Positions 37,198-45,601 of a stretch of 45,601 bases of DNA are shown piece by piece. A model generated the notes under the pieces. It was not told the DNA's origin. It ran no database searches and was given only the letters and a program-made list of their open reading frames with translations. Source of the stretch: Gloeobacterales cyanobacterium ES-bin-141 (GTDB taxonomy: Bacteria > Cyanobacteriota > Cyanobacteriia > Gloeobacterales > Gloeobacteraceae); contig JACMIX010000046.1 of the NCBI GenBank assembly GCA_014380935.1, forward strand, positions 1 to 45,601, in the 5' to 3' direction. The position numbers were made by a program, and so were the translations under genes. Position 1 is the stretch's first letter; each line of letters starts with the position of its first letter.

Positions 37198-37500
37198 CTA
37201 GACTTCCGGGAAAAGGGTGATCGAGTCACCTTCTCGAAGTGTGACGATGGCCCGTTTAAAGCGAGAACGCATGCCGACGGAACGTCCTACCCGGCGCTGT
37301 TTGTCCGGTGGGTTGAAGGTGTTGACCTTGGTAACCTTGACCTGGAACAGCTCTTCAATAGCCTGGGCAATCTGAATCTTGTTGGCTGTGGGCACCACCT
37401 CGAACAGATATTTGTTGGCCTCGAGCAAGCGTGTGGCTTTCTCAGTAATGAGCGGGCGGCGAATGATGTCAGCCAAAGCCCGCTTGGTACCACTACTCAT
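37198..37500 (-). CDS. rplW: 50S ribosomal protein L23
   Basis: [24 protein letters not shown]...FKRAIVTL is canonical L23. ATG at 37498-37500 overlaps the rplD end by 8 nt. The track start at 37515 is a TTG. Confidence 0.9.
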   Translation of the reverse strand: MSSGTKRALADIIRRPLITEKATRLLEANKYLFEVVPTANKIQIAQAIEELFQVKVTKVNTFNPPDKQRRVGRSVGMRSRFKRAIVTLREGDSITLFPEV

Positions 37501-38140
37501 GCTGCTCGCCTCCAAAGGTCTGCTTGATGAAATCCAGAGCCGTCCCGGTAACGACTACCCAATCGTTCGCAAGAATGTCCCGAACGTTGAGGTTCTGGGC
37601 CGTAATCACTTTGACATTGGCCAGATTGCGGGCAGACAGGTAAGTGTTGGTTTGCTTTTCGGCCAGGATGAGCAGTACTGACTGTGCCTGCATATCGATG
37701 CCCCAGCGCTGAAAGGCCTGGACGATTTCTTTGGTCTTGGGCCGGGCAAGCTCCGTCTCGAACTCATTCACGACGATCAAATCTTCGACACGGCTTTGAA
37801 GAGCAGTCCGCAAGGCCAGACGCCGCTCTTTGCGGTTCATCTTGATTTCGAACTCGCGCGGCTTGGGTCCGAAAACAACACCACCCTTACGCCAGAGCGG
37901 TGAGCGGGTCGAGCCTGCTCGGGCACGGCCTGTGCCCTTCTGCTTCCAGGGTTTGCGTCCGCCTCCGCGGACCTCGCCGCGGGTCAGCGTCGATACGGTT
38001 CCTTGACGGGAGTTGGTCATCTGGCGCTTGAAGGCCAGGTAGACGAGGTGGGCGGCAGTGGCTTCAGATGCCACGGGCAGGTCCAGTTCTACCTCGGTAG
38101 TCTGGTTGCCTTGCCAGTCCTTAACGACACAGGTTGCCAT
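37493..38140 (-). CDS. rplD: 50S ribosomal protein L4
   Basis: [40 protein letters not shown] is the canonical L4 motif. ATG at 38138-38140. Confidence 0.93.
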   Translation of the reverse strand: MATCVVKDWQGNQTTEVELDLPVASEATAAHLVYLAFKRQMTNSRQGTVSTLTRGEVRGGGRKPWKQKGTGRARAGSTRSPLWRKGGVVFGPKPREFEIKMNRKERRLALRTALQSRVEDLIVVNEFETELARPKTKEIVQAFQRWGIDMQAQSVLLILAEKQTNTYLSARNLANVKVITAQNLNVRDILANDWVVVTGTALDFIKQTFGGEQHE

Positions 38141-38182
38141 GGTTCAGTGCTAGATAAACGGCTTGGACGGAGTGAAGTGAGC

Positions 38183-38824
38183 TCAAGTACGACCAACTAT
38201 CTTGGCCGGGGTAATCATTACTAGACCCCCCTCTACACCGGGGATGGCTCCTTTGATGAGCAGGAGGTTACGCTCGGGGATAACGCGGACGAGGGTGAGT
38301 TTGCGGACAGTTACACGATGGTTGCCCATGCGGCCCGGCATACGCTTGCCCGGAAAAACACGGCCCGGTGTGGTGCCGGCCCCGATCGAACCCGGAGCGC
38401 GGTGGTTCTTGGAGCCGTGGGCCATCGGTCCCCGAGCAAAATTGTGGCGCTTCTGGCCACCGGCAAAACCCTTGCCGATACTCTTGCCGACAACATCGAC
38501 TATCTGGCCTGCCGTAAAGAGATCCACCCCGATCATCTGGCCCAGTGAATATTGAGTCGGCGTATCGATCCGAAATTCGCGCAGGTGACGCATCGGCTTT
38601 TCGAGGCCCGCTTTTTTGCAGTGACCGACCTCAGGGCGGGTCAGGACTTTCTCGCGTGCCTCTACGTAGCCGAGTTGGATAGCGCTGTAACCGTCTGTAG
38701 CTTCGGTCTTGACCTGGGTCACCGGGCAGGGACCAGCCTCCACTACAGTGACCGGGATTGCCCGACCTTCTTCGTCAAATACTTGTGTCATGCCCAGTTT
38801 GCGTCCCAGGATGCCCAGTGACAT
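38183..38824 (-). CDS. rplC: 50S ribosomal protein L3
   Basis: [27 protein letters not shown] is the canonical L3 N-terminus. ATG at 38822-38824 has GGAGA 6 nt upstream. The track start at 38857 (TTG) lies inside the predicted promoter. Confidence 0.95.
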   Translation of the reverse strand: MSLGILGRKLGMTQVFDEEGRAIPVTVVEAGPCPVTQVKTEATDGYSAIQLGYVEAREKVLTRPEVGHCKKAGLEKPMRHLREFRIDTPTQYSLGQMIGVDLFTAGQIVDVVGKSIGKGFAGGQKRHNFARGPMAHGSKNHRAPGSIGAGTTPGRVFPGKRMPGRMGNHRVTVRKLTLVRVIPERNLLLIKGAIPGVEGGLVMITPAKIVGRT

Positions 38825-38848
38825 CGCTTTTCTCCAAGTGACCGAGAG

Positions 38849-38877
38849 ATTATGCAACCTGCTGGCTTGAGTTTCAA
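38849..38877 (-). promoter_or_regulatory. Sigma-70-type promoter of rplC-rplD-rplW
   Basis: On the minus strand the sequence reads TTGAAA (38877-38872), a 17-nt spacer, then CATAAT (38854-38849). This sits about 25 nt upstream of the rplC ATG. Confidence 0.5.
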
Positions 38878-39034
38878 ACTAGAAACCCTGGTGCCAGAGT
38901 CACAAGGTCCCATCATATATTGGCTGTGAGGCCTCTGTCTACAAGTAGGCGTCAGGTTGCCAGGCTGGGGGAGGTTAGATTTTGCAGACTCCCTACCGGA
39001 GTAGAGTAGTAGAGATAACCCAGGGGAAAGCGGT

Positions 39035-39826
39035 TTGACCAGCAAGCATTACCGGGCGACAGGGATCAATTTGCGGCGCATGCCCCTGGGAGAAAGCGAC
39101 CTTCTGATGACTATCCTGACGCGCGAGAACGGGTTGGTGCGGGCAGTTGCCAGGGGAGCACGCAAGAGCGGTTCGCGCATCGGTGGTCGTTCCGAGTTGT
39201 TTGTTGTCAATGACTTACAGATGTATCGAGGGCGCAACCTCGACCAACTTATTCAGGCCGACTGCCTGCAAACTTTTCCAGGTTTGAGCACGGACTTGGG
39301 TCGCGTGACGGCAGCCCAGTACCTGGCTGAGGGGGTCCTACGCGAAGCCACTGAGGGACAGGTGCAAGAAGGACTGTTCGATTTGCTACTGCTCCATCTG
39401 CGTAGGCTTGAAGAGGTCCAGCCGGCTCATCTGCCTGCCCGCCTGGTACACGGACTTTTTCAGCTGCTGACTGTAGGAGGTGTGGCTCCCGAGGTTTATG
39501 CTTGCACCGTTAGTCACCGGCCTATCAGTGCGGAACCGGCTGGTTTCAGCATTGAGGGAGGAGGATTGGTGGCGTTGGAGTGTCTGGCACAAGAACACGT
39601 ACCCTTTCGTCTCGACACCCAGCAGGTGGTAGCCTTACAGTTATTGACTGATACGGACTTGACCGGCGCGAGCCTTGAGTGGAGCGCGCTTTGGGTCGAA
39701 CTAGAACGTATGTTGCGTCGCTATCTCGAATTTCACTTTGAGCAGCCGATGCGCTCGGCTCAATTACTGGAGCTATGCTTCGAGCAGACGCTTGCACCCG
39801 GATATGTGTCGAATCTACTAAGGTAA
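39035..39826 (+). CDS. recO: DNA repair protein RecO
   Basis: N-terminal OB-fold pattern YRATGINLRRMPLGESDLLMTILTRENGLVRAVARGARK...L is typical of RecO. A TTG start is needed to keep the conserved N-terminus. Confidence 0.85.
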   Translation: MTSKHYRATGINLRRMPLGESDLLMTILTRENGLVRAVARGARKSGSRIGGRSELFVVNDLQMYRGRNLDQLIQADCLQTFPGLSTDLGRVTAAQYLAEGVLREATEGQVQEGLFDLLLLHLRRLEEVQPAHLPARLVHGLFQLLTVGGVAPEVYACTVSHRPISAEPAGFSIEGGGLVALECLAQEHVPFRLDTQQVVALQLLTDTDLTGASLEWSALWVELERMLRRYLEFHFEQPMRSAQLLELCFEQTLAPGYVSNLLR

Positions 39827-39838
39827 GCTTCATCTGCC

Positions 39839-41110
39839 ATGGCATCGCCGATTCAAGACCCGCCGCAGTCCAGGCAAGCGACTACCGCCGGTTTCGGCGA
39901 GATTCTGCGTAACCGCGATTTTTTGTTTTTGTGGAGCGGGCAGATTTTCTCGCAGCTTGCCGACAAGATCTACCTGGTCTTTATGATTGCGCTGATCGCG
40001 GTGACCTTTAACACCACTAACAACGTCAGTTCACTCGCCTCGGGTATCATGATCGCCTCCACGATCCCGGCTGTGTTGTTTGGGTCGCTCGCCGGGGTCT
40101 TCGTAGACCGCTGGCCCAAGCGTGCCGTCCTGGTCATCTCAAATGTGTTGCGGGGCCTATTCATTTTGGCATTGCCTTTTTTGCCCTCCGATTACATGGT
40201 GCTTCTCGCGTTGACCTTCATCGTTTCGACCGTGACACAGTTTTTTGCCCCGGCTGAAACGGCTGCCATTCCGCTCATTGTCAGCAAGCAGGGTCTGCTT
40301 TCGGCCAATTCGCTCTTCACGACTACCATGATGGCCTCGGTCGTGGTCGGGTTTGCCATTGGTGAACCGGCTCTGAGTTTGTTTGGTGGGGTCGAGAGCG
40401 GTCACTGGGTTGTCGGAGGTGCCTACTTGATCGCGGCCCTGCTGCTGAACTTTATGCGGACTGGCGAGACCGCGGCCAGGATGGGAAAAGCGAAGGGCGA
40501 TGTCCGGGTCTTAAAGGACCTCAAAGAAGGCTTTAACTATATACGGCGCGATCCTGGTGTCCGTGCCGCCCTGATACAGCTAGTTCTGCTATATAGCATC
40601 TTTGCTGCCCTGTCGGTACTGGCCATCAGCCTGGCAGCTGAAGTAGGTCTCAAACAGCAGCAATTCGGCTTTTTGCTGGCCGGAGCCGGGGTAGGACTCG
40701 TCATTGGGGCAGCAGGGGTGGGGCAGTTCGGCAACCGCGTCGAGCGCTCGATGCTTGCCCTGGTCGGGTCACTCGTCCTCGCCGTCGTCTTGATTGCGCT
40801 TGCCTGGGTAAACAATTTATGGGCGGCACTGAGCCTGACTCTTGTGCTGGGCATTGCCGCCGCCTGCATGGGGGTACCGATGCAAACGCTCATCCAGGAA
40901 GAGACTCCCGAGCAGGTTCGCGGTAAGGTATTCGGTTTGCAGAACAACCTGGTCAATATTGCCCTCAGTCTGCCGCTAGCTCTCGCCGGGATCGCAGCCG
41001 ATAACCTCGGGTTGCGGCCTGTTATCCTGAGCTTAGGTCTGTCGGTGATTGTCGTCGGGTTGTTGACGCGTTCGTTGTTCAAGAAGAAGAAATTACCTCT
41101 CCCGGAATAG
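39839..41110 (+). CDS. MFS transporter
   Basis: About 12 TM segments and the GVFVDRWPKR loop motif between TM2 and TM3, typical of MFS_3/enterobactin-exporter-like families. It starts 12 nt after recO. Confidence 0.8.
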   Translation: MASPIQDPPQSRQATTAGFGEILRNRDFLFLWSGQIFSQLADKIYLVFMIALIAVTFNTTNNVSSLASGIMIASTIPAVLFGSLAGVFVDRWPKRAVLVISNVLRGLFILALPFLPSDYMVLLALTFIVSTVTQFFAPAETAAIPLIVSKQGLLSANSLFTTTMMASVVVGFAIGEPALSLFGGVESGHWVVGGAYLIAALLLNFMRTGETAARMGKAKGDVRVLKDLKEGFNYIRRDPGVRAALIQLVLLYSIFAALSVLAISLAAEVGLKQQQFGFLLAGAGVGLVIGAAGVGQFGNRVERSMLALVGSLVLAVVLIALAWVNNLWAALSLTLVLGIAAACMGVPMQTLIQEETPEQVRGKVFGLQNNLVNIALSLPLALAGIAADNLGLRPVILSLGLSVIVVGLLTRSLFKKKKLPLPE

Positions 41111-41117
41111 AAAAACT

Positions 41118-42260
41118 ATGCACATTGCCTGGTTAGGCAAAAAGACACCCTTCTGTGGCAATGTCACCTACAGCCGCGAAGTGACCAACGCTTTGATGGA
41201 GTTAGGTCACCGGGTCAGTTTTTTGCATTTCGTTCAGGAGGAAGAGGCTGCAATCCACCCGGAACAAGACGAAGTTCCTCTGCCCTGCCTGTATAAATCT
41301 CAGATCTATACCATTCCTTCGCTCAAAGCCCGTAAGGTTCTGGCGGACTCGCTGCGCGAACTCAACCCTGATATCGTTCATGCTTCACTGTCGCTGTCAC
41401 CGCTGGACTTTGCTCTACCGGAAATCTGTCAGGAGTTACGTCTTCCCCTGGTGGCTACCTTCCACCCGGCCTTTGACCGTCGCCGCCGCAATTTTGCCGC
41501 CAATACTGCTTACTTGATGTACCAGTGGTATGCCTCTGTTCTCGGCAGCTACGACCGGGTAATCATCTTTTCGCAACTTCAAAAAGAGCTATTAGCCCGC
41601 CTGGGAGTTCCTCGCAGCCGTATTGCAGTTATCCCAAATGGAGTGGATACAGAGAAGTACGCTCCTGTCTACTCATCGATCAAAGAAGAGCTACGGGCAC
41701 ATTGCTTGTTCGTTTACATGGGCAGAATTACGATCGAAAAGAATGTCGATGCGCTATTGAAAGCCTGGAAGCAGGCCAATCTGGGTCCGGGAGTCAAGCT
41801 TGCCATTATCGGAGACGGACCGCGCCGGAGCAATCTCCAGGCATTCTACGGTTCTGAAGATGGTGTGCGATGGCTGGGCTATATCGCCTCTGAGGAGCGC
41901 CGCATGCAGATACTGAGTGGAGCCGATGCGTTCATATTGCCCTCGCTCATCGAAGGGCTGTCGCTGTCGCTCCTCGAGGCCATGGCCTGTGGCACTGCCT
42001 GCGTGGCAACTGATGTCGGTGCGGACAGCGAAGTACTCGAAGGCGGTGCCGGCATCTTGCTTCAACCCTTATGGGTACGTTCGCAATTGCGGACACTCCT
42101 GCCCATCCTGGCCGAGCAACCTGAGTTCACGGCCATCCTGGGTCAGAAGGCCCGTCAGCGGGTGCTCGATCGCTACACGCTCACAGCCAATATCCAGAAG
42201 CTCGAAAATCTCTACGCCGAGGTACTTGGACGCGTCCCGGCACCATCCCGACTTCGATAA
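41118..42260 (+). CDS. Glycosyltransferase family 4
   Basis: GT-B fold with an E-x7-E region: LPSLIEGLSLSLLEAMACGTACVATDVGADSEVL. It starts 7 nt after the MFS gene. Confidence 0.8.
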   Translation: MHIAWLGKKTPFCGNVTYSREVTNALMELGHRVSFLHFVQEEEAAIHPEQDEVPLPCLYKSQIYTIPSLKARKVLADSLRELNPDIVHASLSLSPLDFALPEICQELRLPLVATFHPAFDRRRRNFAANTAYLMYQWYASVLGSYDRVIIFSQLQKELLARLGVPRSRIAVIPNGVDTEKYAPVYSSIKEELRAHCLFVYMGRITIEKNVDALLKAWKQANLGPGVKLAIIGDGPRRSNLQAFYGSEDGVRWLGYIASEERRMQILSGADAFILPSLIEGLSLSLLEAMACGTACVATDVGADSEVLEGGAGILLQPLWVRSQLRTLLPILAEQPEFTAILGQKARQRVLDRYTLTANIQKLENLYAEVLGRVPAPSRLR

Positions 42261-42293
42261 AAAAGTTGAAGCACATCGGCCCGCGCAAGAGTT

Positions 42294-42869
42294 ATGCTTC
42301 TAGGCGGTTCTTCGAGATCACCCGCGATGCCAACAGCTCTTAAAGAATGGGCGACAACTTGTGACCACCTACGCCGTGGTCAGCACACGTTGCTCCTACG
42401 CAAAGGTGGCATCCAAGAAAAACGCTCCGGCTTTATCCTGCAACACTTCGACTTCTTTCTCTATCCGACCGTCTTTCACCAACATAGACAACTGGTTACC
42501 CCACCCGAGACCTCACCTACCGCACCAGTAACCGAGAGTACATCCGTCACCATCGATCTGTATGCGCAGGTCGAGCAGTCATGGTGTGTGAGAGAACTAG
42601 AACGGTTGCGAACGCTATCCGGGCTGCACAGTCTTCCCTGGCCAATGGTAGAAGACCGGTTTCACTACCGGGATAAGCCCTACCTCGATGTCCTGCTAGT
42701 CCGTATCTTTCGTTCTCGGCTCACCATAATCGAGAACCGGCCCGAATATGCAGGCTGTCACTCCTGGGTTCAGCTAGAAGAAGATATTCCCCTGACAGGC
42801 CTCAAGCCGGTGATCAAAGACTCAGACTTCGAGCAACTGCACGAACGTGTGCGCGGCTTGCTTCATTAA
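42294..42869 (+). CDS. DUF1802-like hypothetical protein
   Basis: ALKEWATTCDHLRRGQHTLLLRKGGIQE resembles the conserved N-terminus of DUF1802 proteins, recalled from memory only. The alternative start ATG at 42327 (MPTALKEW) is equally plausible. Confidence 0.5.
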   Translation: MLLGGSSRSPAMPTALKEWATTCDHLRRGQHTLLLRKGGIQEKRSGFILQHFDFFLYPTVFHQHRQLVTPPETSPTAPVTESTSVTIDLYAQVEQSWCVRELERLRTLSGLHSLPWPMVEDRFHYRDKPYLDVLLVRIFRSRLTIIENRPEYAGCHSWVQLEEDIPLTGLKPVIKDSDFEQLHERVRGLLH

Positions 42870-42883
42870 ACTGGAGGATCAAC

Positions 42884-43732
42884 ATGCCAATCGAGTTTGA
42901 GAAGTATCATGCCCTGGGAAACGACTACATTGTGATTGATCCCGGCCACACGAAGGTTGCGATGAGCCTGGAAAATATTCGGCTTCTGTGCAACCGCAAT
43001 CTCGGTATAGGTTCGGACGGCATCCTCTATGGTCCTCTTCTTGAAGAAGATAAGATAAAGCTCAAAATCTTCAACCCTGATGGTAGTGAAGCGGAGAAAA
43101 GCGGTAACGGTGTTCGCATTTTCTCCAGGTATCTCATGGATGCCGGTTACACGATCGAGGAAAATTTCACCCTGCACACCCTGGGGGGAGTGGTTGCAGT
43201 CGAGATACTGGACGCACAGACCAGCCTGATCCGGATCGACATGGGTACGGTGACATTTCAAAGCGACTTAATCCCAGTGGCAGGTGAACCTCGCGAGATG
43301 GTAGACACCACCCTGGAGGTGGGAGAATTGTTAAAAGTAACCTGCCTATCGATCGGCAATCCTCACTGCGTCATTCCGCTTGATTCCATTACTCGAGAAC
43401 TGGCAATCGAGCTTGGCCCCTTGATTGAGGAGCACCCGATGTTCCCGAACCGGATTAACGTGCAGTTGATGAAGGTTCTCGATCGAGGCAACATCCAGAT
43501 CGAGATCTGGGAGCGTGGAGCCGGATATACGCTGGCCTCCGGCAGCAGCAGTTGTGCCGCGGCAAGTGCAGCGTTCAAACTCGGACTCACAGACAACGTC
43601 GTCAGGGTACACATGCCGGGTGGAAGCATCGATATCGATATTCGCCCGGACGGGCATGTATTGATGACCGGAACAGTTTGCCACGTCGCGCGGGGCGAGT
43701 TCTCGACTGAGTTTCGTACCCGGCTCGGATGA
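42884..43732 (+). CDS. dapF: Diaminopimelate epimerase
   Basis: YHALGNDYIVID plus both catalytic-Cys blocks, SIGNPHCVI and ERGAGYTLASGSSSCAA. Confidence 0.93.
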   Translation: MPIEFEKYHALGNDYIVIDPGHTKVAMSLENIRLLCNRNLGIGSDGILYGPLLEEDKIKLKIFNPDGSEAEKSGNGVRIFSRYLMDAGYTIEENFTLHTLGGVVAVEILDAQTSLIRIDMGTVTFQSDLIPVAGEPREMVDTTLEVGELLKVTCLSIGNPHCVIPLDSITRELAIELGPLIEEHPMFPNRINVQLMKVLDRGNIQIEIWERGAGYTLASGSSSCAAASAAFKLGLTDNVVRVHMPGGSIDIDIRPDGHVLMTGTVCHVARGEFSTEFRTRLG

Positions 43733-43818
43733 GCCCTCAGAACTGAGTCCCAAAAGTCATCAATCAATGCCTATAAAGTCTTCGACGCACGATAGCCAGG
43801 CTGGAAAGGTAGAACCGG

Positions 43819-44370
43819 TTAGAGGCGTGTAGCCTCCCTCAGAGGCGTGTCACCCGGAATAAGCAGTTTGCGATACACTCGGTTGCAGCAAGGGCGAGAC
43901 TTTGCCCCGTCAATCAGGTGGTAGCCCTTGCTCTCGTAAAGCTGTACCGCCCCGGTTAGAATACTGTCTGTCTCGATCCAGGCCTCACGGTAGCCCTGTA
44001 CGTGGGCGTGGGCCTCAAGCCGACCCAGCAGAAAGCTCCCCAGACCACGCCCGCGTGCTTGTCTGAGCAGGTACATCTTGCGCACTTCGACTGCCTGGTT
44101 GCCGCGGGAATCAGGGCAGTATCCGCCGGTACCGATCACCTGCCCCCGGTCCTCGATCACCCACAAGCATCCACCCCGCGCCTGATAGTAACCACGTACA
44201 TCCAGGATGTCCCGATCCGTGCTCTCGGGCTGCCAGGACAAACCATACTCAGCCAGGACTGTACGAACCACTTCAATGCAAGCCAGGTAGTCGGCAGACT
44301 GCCAGTTACGGCCAGTGAAATGCTGATACCTAAAAATTGGCGGATCGCTCGAGTTCTCGACGCTATTCAC
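43819..44370 (-). CDS. GNAT family N-acetyltransferase
   Basis: Acetyl-CoA binding motif A (LLRQARGRGLGSFLL) and overall GNAT length. GTG start. Confidence 0.8.
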   Translation of the reverse strand: MNSVENSSDPPIFRYQHFTGRNWQSADYLACIEVVRTVLAEYGLSWQPESTDRDILDVRGYYQARGGCLWVIEDRGQVIGTGGYCPDSRGNQAVEVRKMYLLRQARGRGLGSFLLGRLEAHAHVQGYREAWIETDSILTGAVQLYESKGYHLIDGAKSRPCCNRVYRKLLIPGDTPLREATRL

Positions 44371-44592
44371 ACAGATAACCTGTCCGGCCAGTCCATCCTA
44401 CGATAGAGGACTGTCTTAAACTGCCAGTCTGTCAGTACCGGCAACAGATAAGAAAAATGCTTGTTGCGGGCATGTTGCCGAAAGCTTGCTCAATCTTCTG
44501 TCCTGCGTTTTGTGCCCCCAGGTAGACGGTGCATACGATGATGGGGATTACGATATTGATTACATAATACTTGTCTATCCGGAGAGAACCGT

Positions 44593-44862
44593 ATGATTCA
44601 TGACATGCATGCTGACAGGATAGAGATAGAGCCAGAACCTGAAGAGCTTGATCGTTGCGATGAACTTGACATTTACGAACAAGCCATCGTACTCAAGCAG
44701 AAGCTGCTCCTGACCACAGCAGAATCTAACGACGGAATAGTAGTTTTGCCAGTAGATCTAGAAACCCGTGATGGTACGGAGTTTCTCCACTACGAACTAA
44801 ACGGGGAAGTCAGTTCAATTGACATCAATAATATTGAATCTGTCGAGCAAGTAGTAGAGTAA
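44593..44862 (+). CDS. Hypothetical small acidic protein
   Basis: ATG with GGAGAG 6 nt upstream. The protein is 89 aa and rich in D/E. The gene is AT-richer than its neighbours. No family was recognised. Confidence 0.5.
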   Translation: MIHDMHADRIEIEPEPEELDRCDELDIYEQAIVLKQKLLLTTAESNDGIVVLPVDLETRDGTEFLHYELNGEVSSIDINNIESVEQVVE

Positions 44863-44892
44863 CCATGTACTTGCGGTACCGAACCTGACTAT

Positions 44893-45601
44893 ATGCAGGT
44901 CTACCTTTTTGCCGTGTACCTCCTCGCCGTAGTTGCATGTACTCCGGCAGTAGCTGAACCATTCGCGCAGCTACGCGCCGCCTACGCTGGCCGCGACGCC
45001 AGTGCCGCAGCGGCAGCATACGCTCCTGATGCTCGAGTGATCTACCGCTATAGTCGCTCGCCCGAAGAGCTACACGTCGGTCGCGCGGCAATAAGAGACT
45101 CCTTTCAGCGGCTTTTCGCCCAGATCGATCCGACTCAACCTCTCGATCTCAACTTTCGCCCTACCCATCGACAGGGAACGACCGTATCCGGTATATACCG
45201 GCTGCGCATCGGCAAGGGTCCGCCGAATTACGGACGGTTCGCAGTCGAACTTGCACCGGATGGCTTGTTCAAGCGCGACCTCAGCACCGATGCCACGCCG
45301 ACCGCGTTCGAGGATGTAAACGGCTCCGTCATGCTAGCGGCCGACGATGAACAGCTCGACCCTGTTTACTACGATCGTCTCCTGGGCCGCTACCGCTTAC
45401 CCGGGGGCTGTGAGCTCGTCGTGACTCGCTCGGTTGTGCGACTTTTCGTGCGCGATACTTGTACCCAGGTCTGGCGTGGACTGACACGGGTTTCCGGACG
45501 CGAGTGGACCGCCGGTGACCGCGTGCTTTCGGACAAAGCGCTGACAACTTATCGCTTCGCGGATGTTGCGATGGGTGCCAGCGCGTCAGTTGAGGTTGTG
45601 A
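44893..45601 (+). CDS. 3'-truncated secreted/lipoprotein-like protein with SnoaL/DUF4440-like N-terminal domain (not in the ORF track)
   Basis: My own translation from ATG at 44893 gives 236 codons with no stop, running off the right edge. It reads MQVYLFAVYLLAVVACTPAVAEPFAQLRAAYAGRDASAAAAAYAPDARVIYRYS...AIRDSFQRLF. It has a signal peptide with a possible lipobox (VVAC). Coding-like GC is about 63%. Confidence 0.55.
   Translation, partial: MQVYLFAVYLLAVVACTPAVAEPFAQLRAAYAGRDASAAAAAYAPDARVIYRYSRSPEELHVGRAAIRDSFQRLFAQIDPTQPLDLNFRPTHRQGTTVSGIYRLRIGKGPPNYGRFAVELAPDGLFKRDLSTDATPTAFEDVNGSVMLAADDEQLDPVYYDRLLGRYRLPGGCELVVTRSVVRLFVRDTCTQVWRGLTRVSGREWTAGDRVLSDKALTTYRFADVAMGASASVEVV

Noticed and set aside
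38825-38857. 11-aa N-terminal extension of L3 (track start TTG at 38857).
   Set aside because: The extension runs through the predicted -10 box. The canonical L3 N-terminus (MSLGILG...) starts at the ATG at 38824, which has a strong RBS.
40537-41082. 181-aa minus-strand ORF.
   Set aside because: It is antisense to the MFS transporter gene. Its Arg/Ala/Pro-rich composition is typical of GC-rich shadow frames.
43733-43818. Possible terminator between convergent dapF and the GNAT gene.
   Set aside because: Only very short palindromes are present (CTCAG-AA-CTGAG, CCAGGCTGG), with non-viable loops and no T-tract.

Overview
This 45.6-kb segment looks like cyanobacterial chromosome: the beta-prime subunit is split into rpoC1 and rpoC2, and there is a class II FBP/SBPase (glpX). 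No rRNA, tRNA, CRISPR array, transposase or integrase was recognised.

Left half (965-23678): one co-directional minus-strand array of about 21 genes forms a polysaccharide locus.
- Initiation and assembly: a WbaP-type priming transferase, a DUF1972-type glycosyltransferase (GT), a GT2, a GT4 and a Wzy-like polymerase.
- Export: Wza/Wzc and a fused ABC exporter.
- Sugar precursor: dTDP-rhamnose synthesis (rfbBACD).
- Sulfation: three sulfotransferases and a complete PAPS supply and recycling set (sat, cysC, cysQ).
- glpX sits in the middle of the array. A convergent, 5'-truncated GH79-like hydrolase lies at the left edge.
- I read this as a self-sufficient system for a sulfated, rhamnose-containing exopolysaccharide. 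It is the top candidate for a novel system.

Middle (23679-26830): an AT-richer stretch with about 800 nt and about 460 nt of non-coding DNA. It carries a small Zn-ribbon-like orphan gene, a glycine-zipper stress protein and a BON lipoprotein with LEA-like repeats. A non-coding element of roughly 49-90 nt here is repeated upstream of glpX.

Right half: mostly housekeeping genes.
- rpoC2-rpoC1 occur without rpoB.
- rplC-rplD-rplW occur without rplB.
- Other housekeeping genes are pyrE, recO and dapF.
- A candidate envelope module has three genes: SpoIID, a proline-rich membrane protein with a PilP-like C-terminus, and an AMIN-like protein.
- Remaining genes are an MFS transporter, a GT4, a DUF1802-like protein, a GNAT, an ABC-2 permease and two hypotheticals.
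- One of the hypotheticals is an open frame running off the right edge that is absent from the ORF track.

All calls rest on motif recognition by eye, ORF geometry and start-site context. No database search was run.
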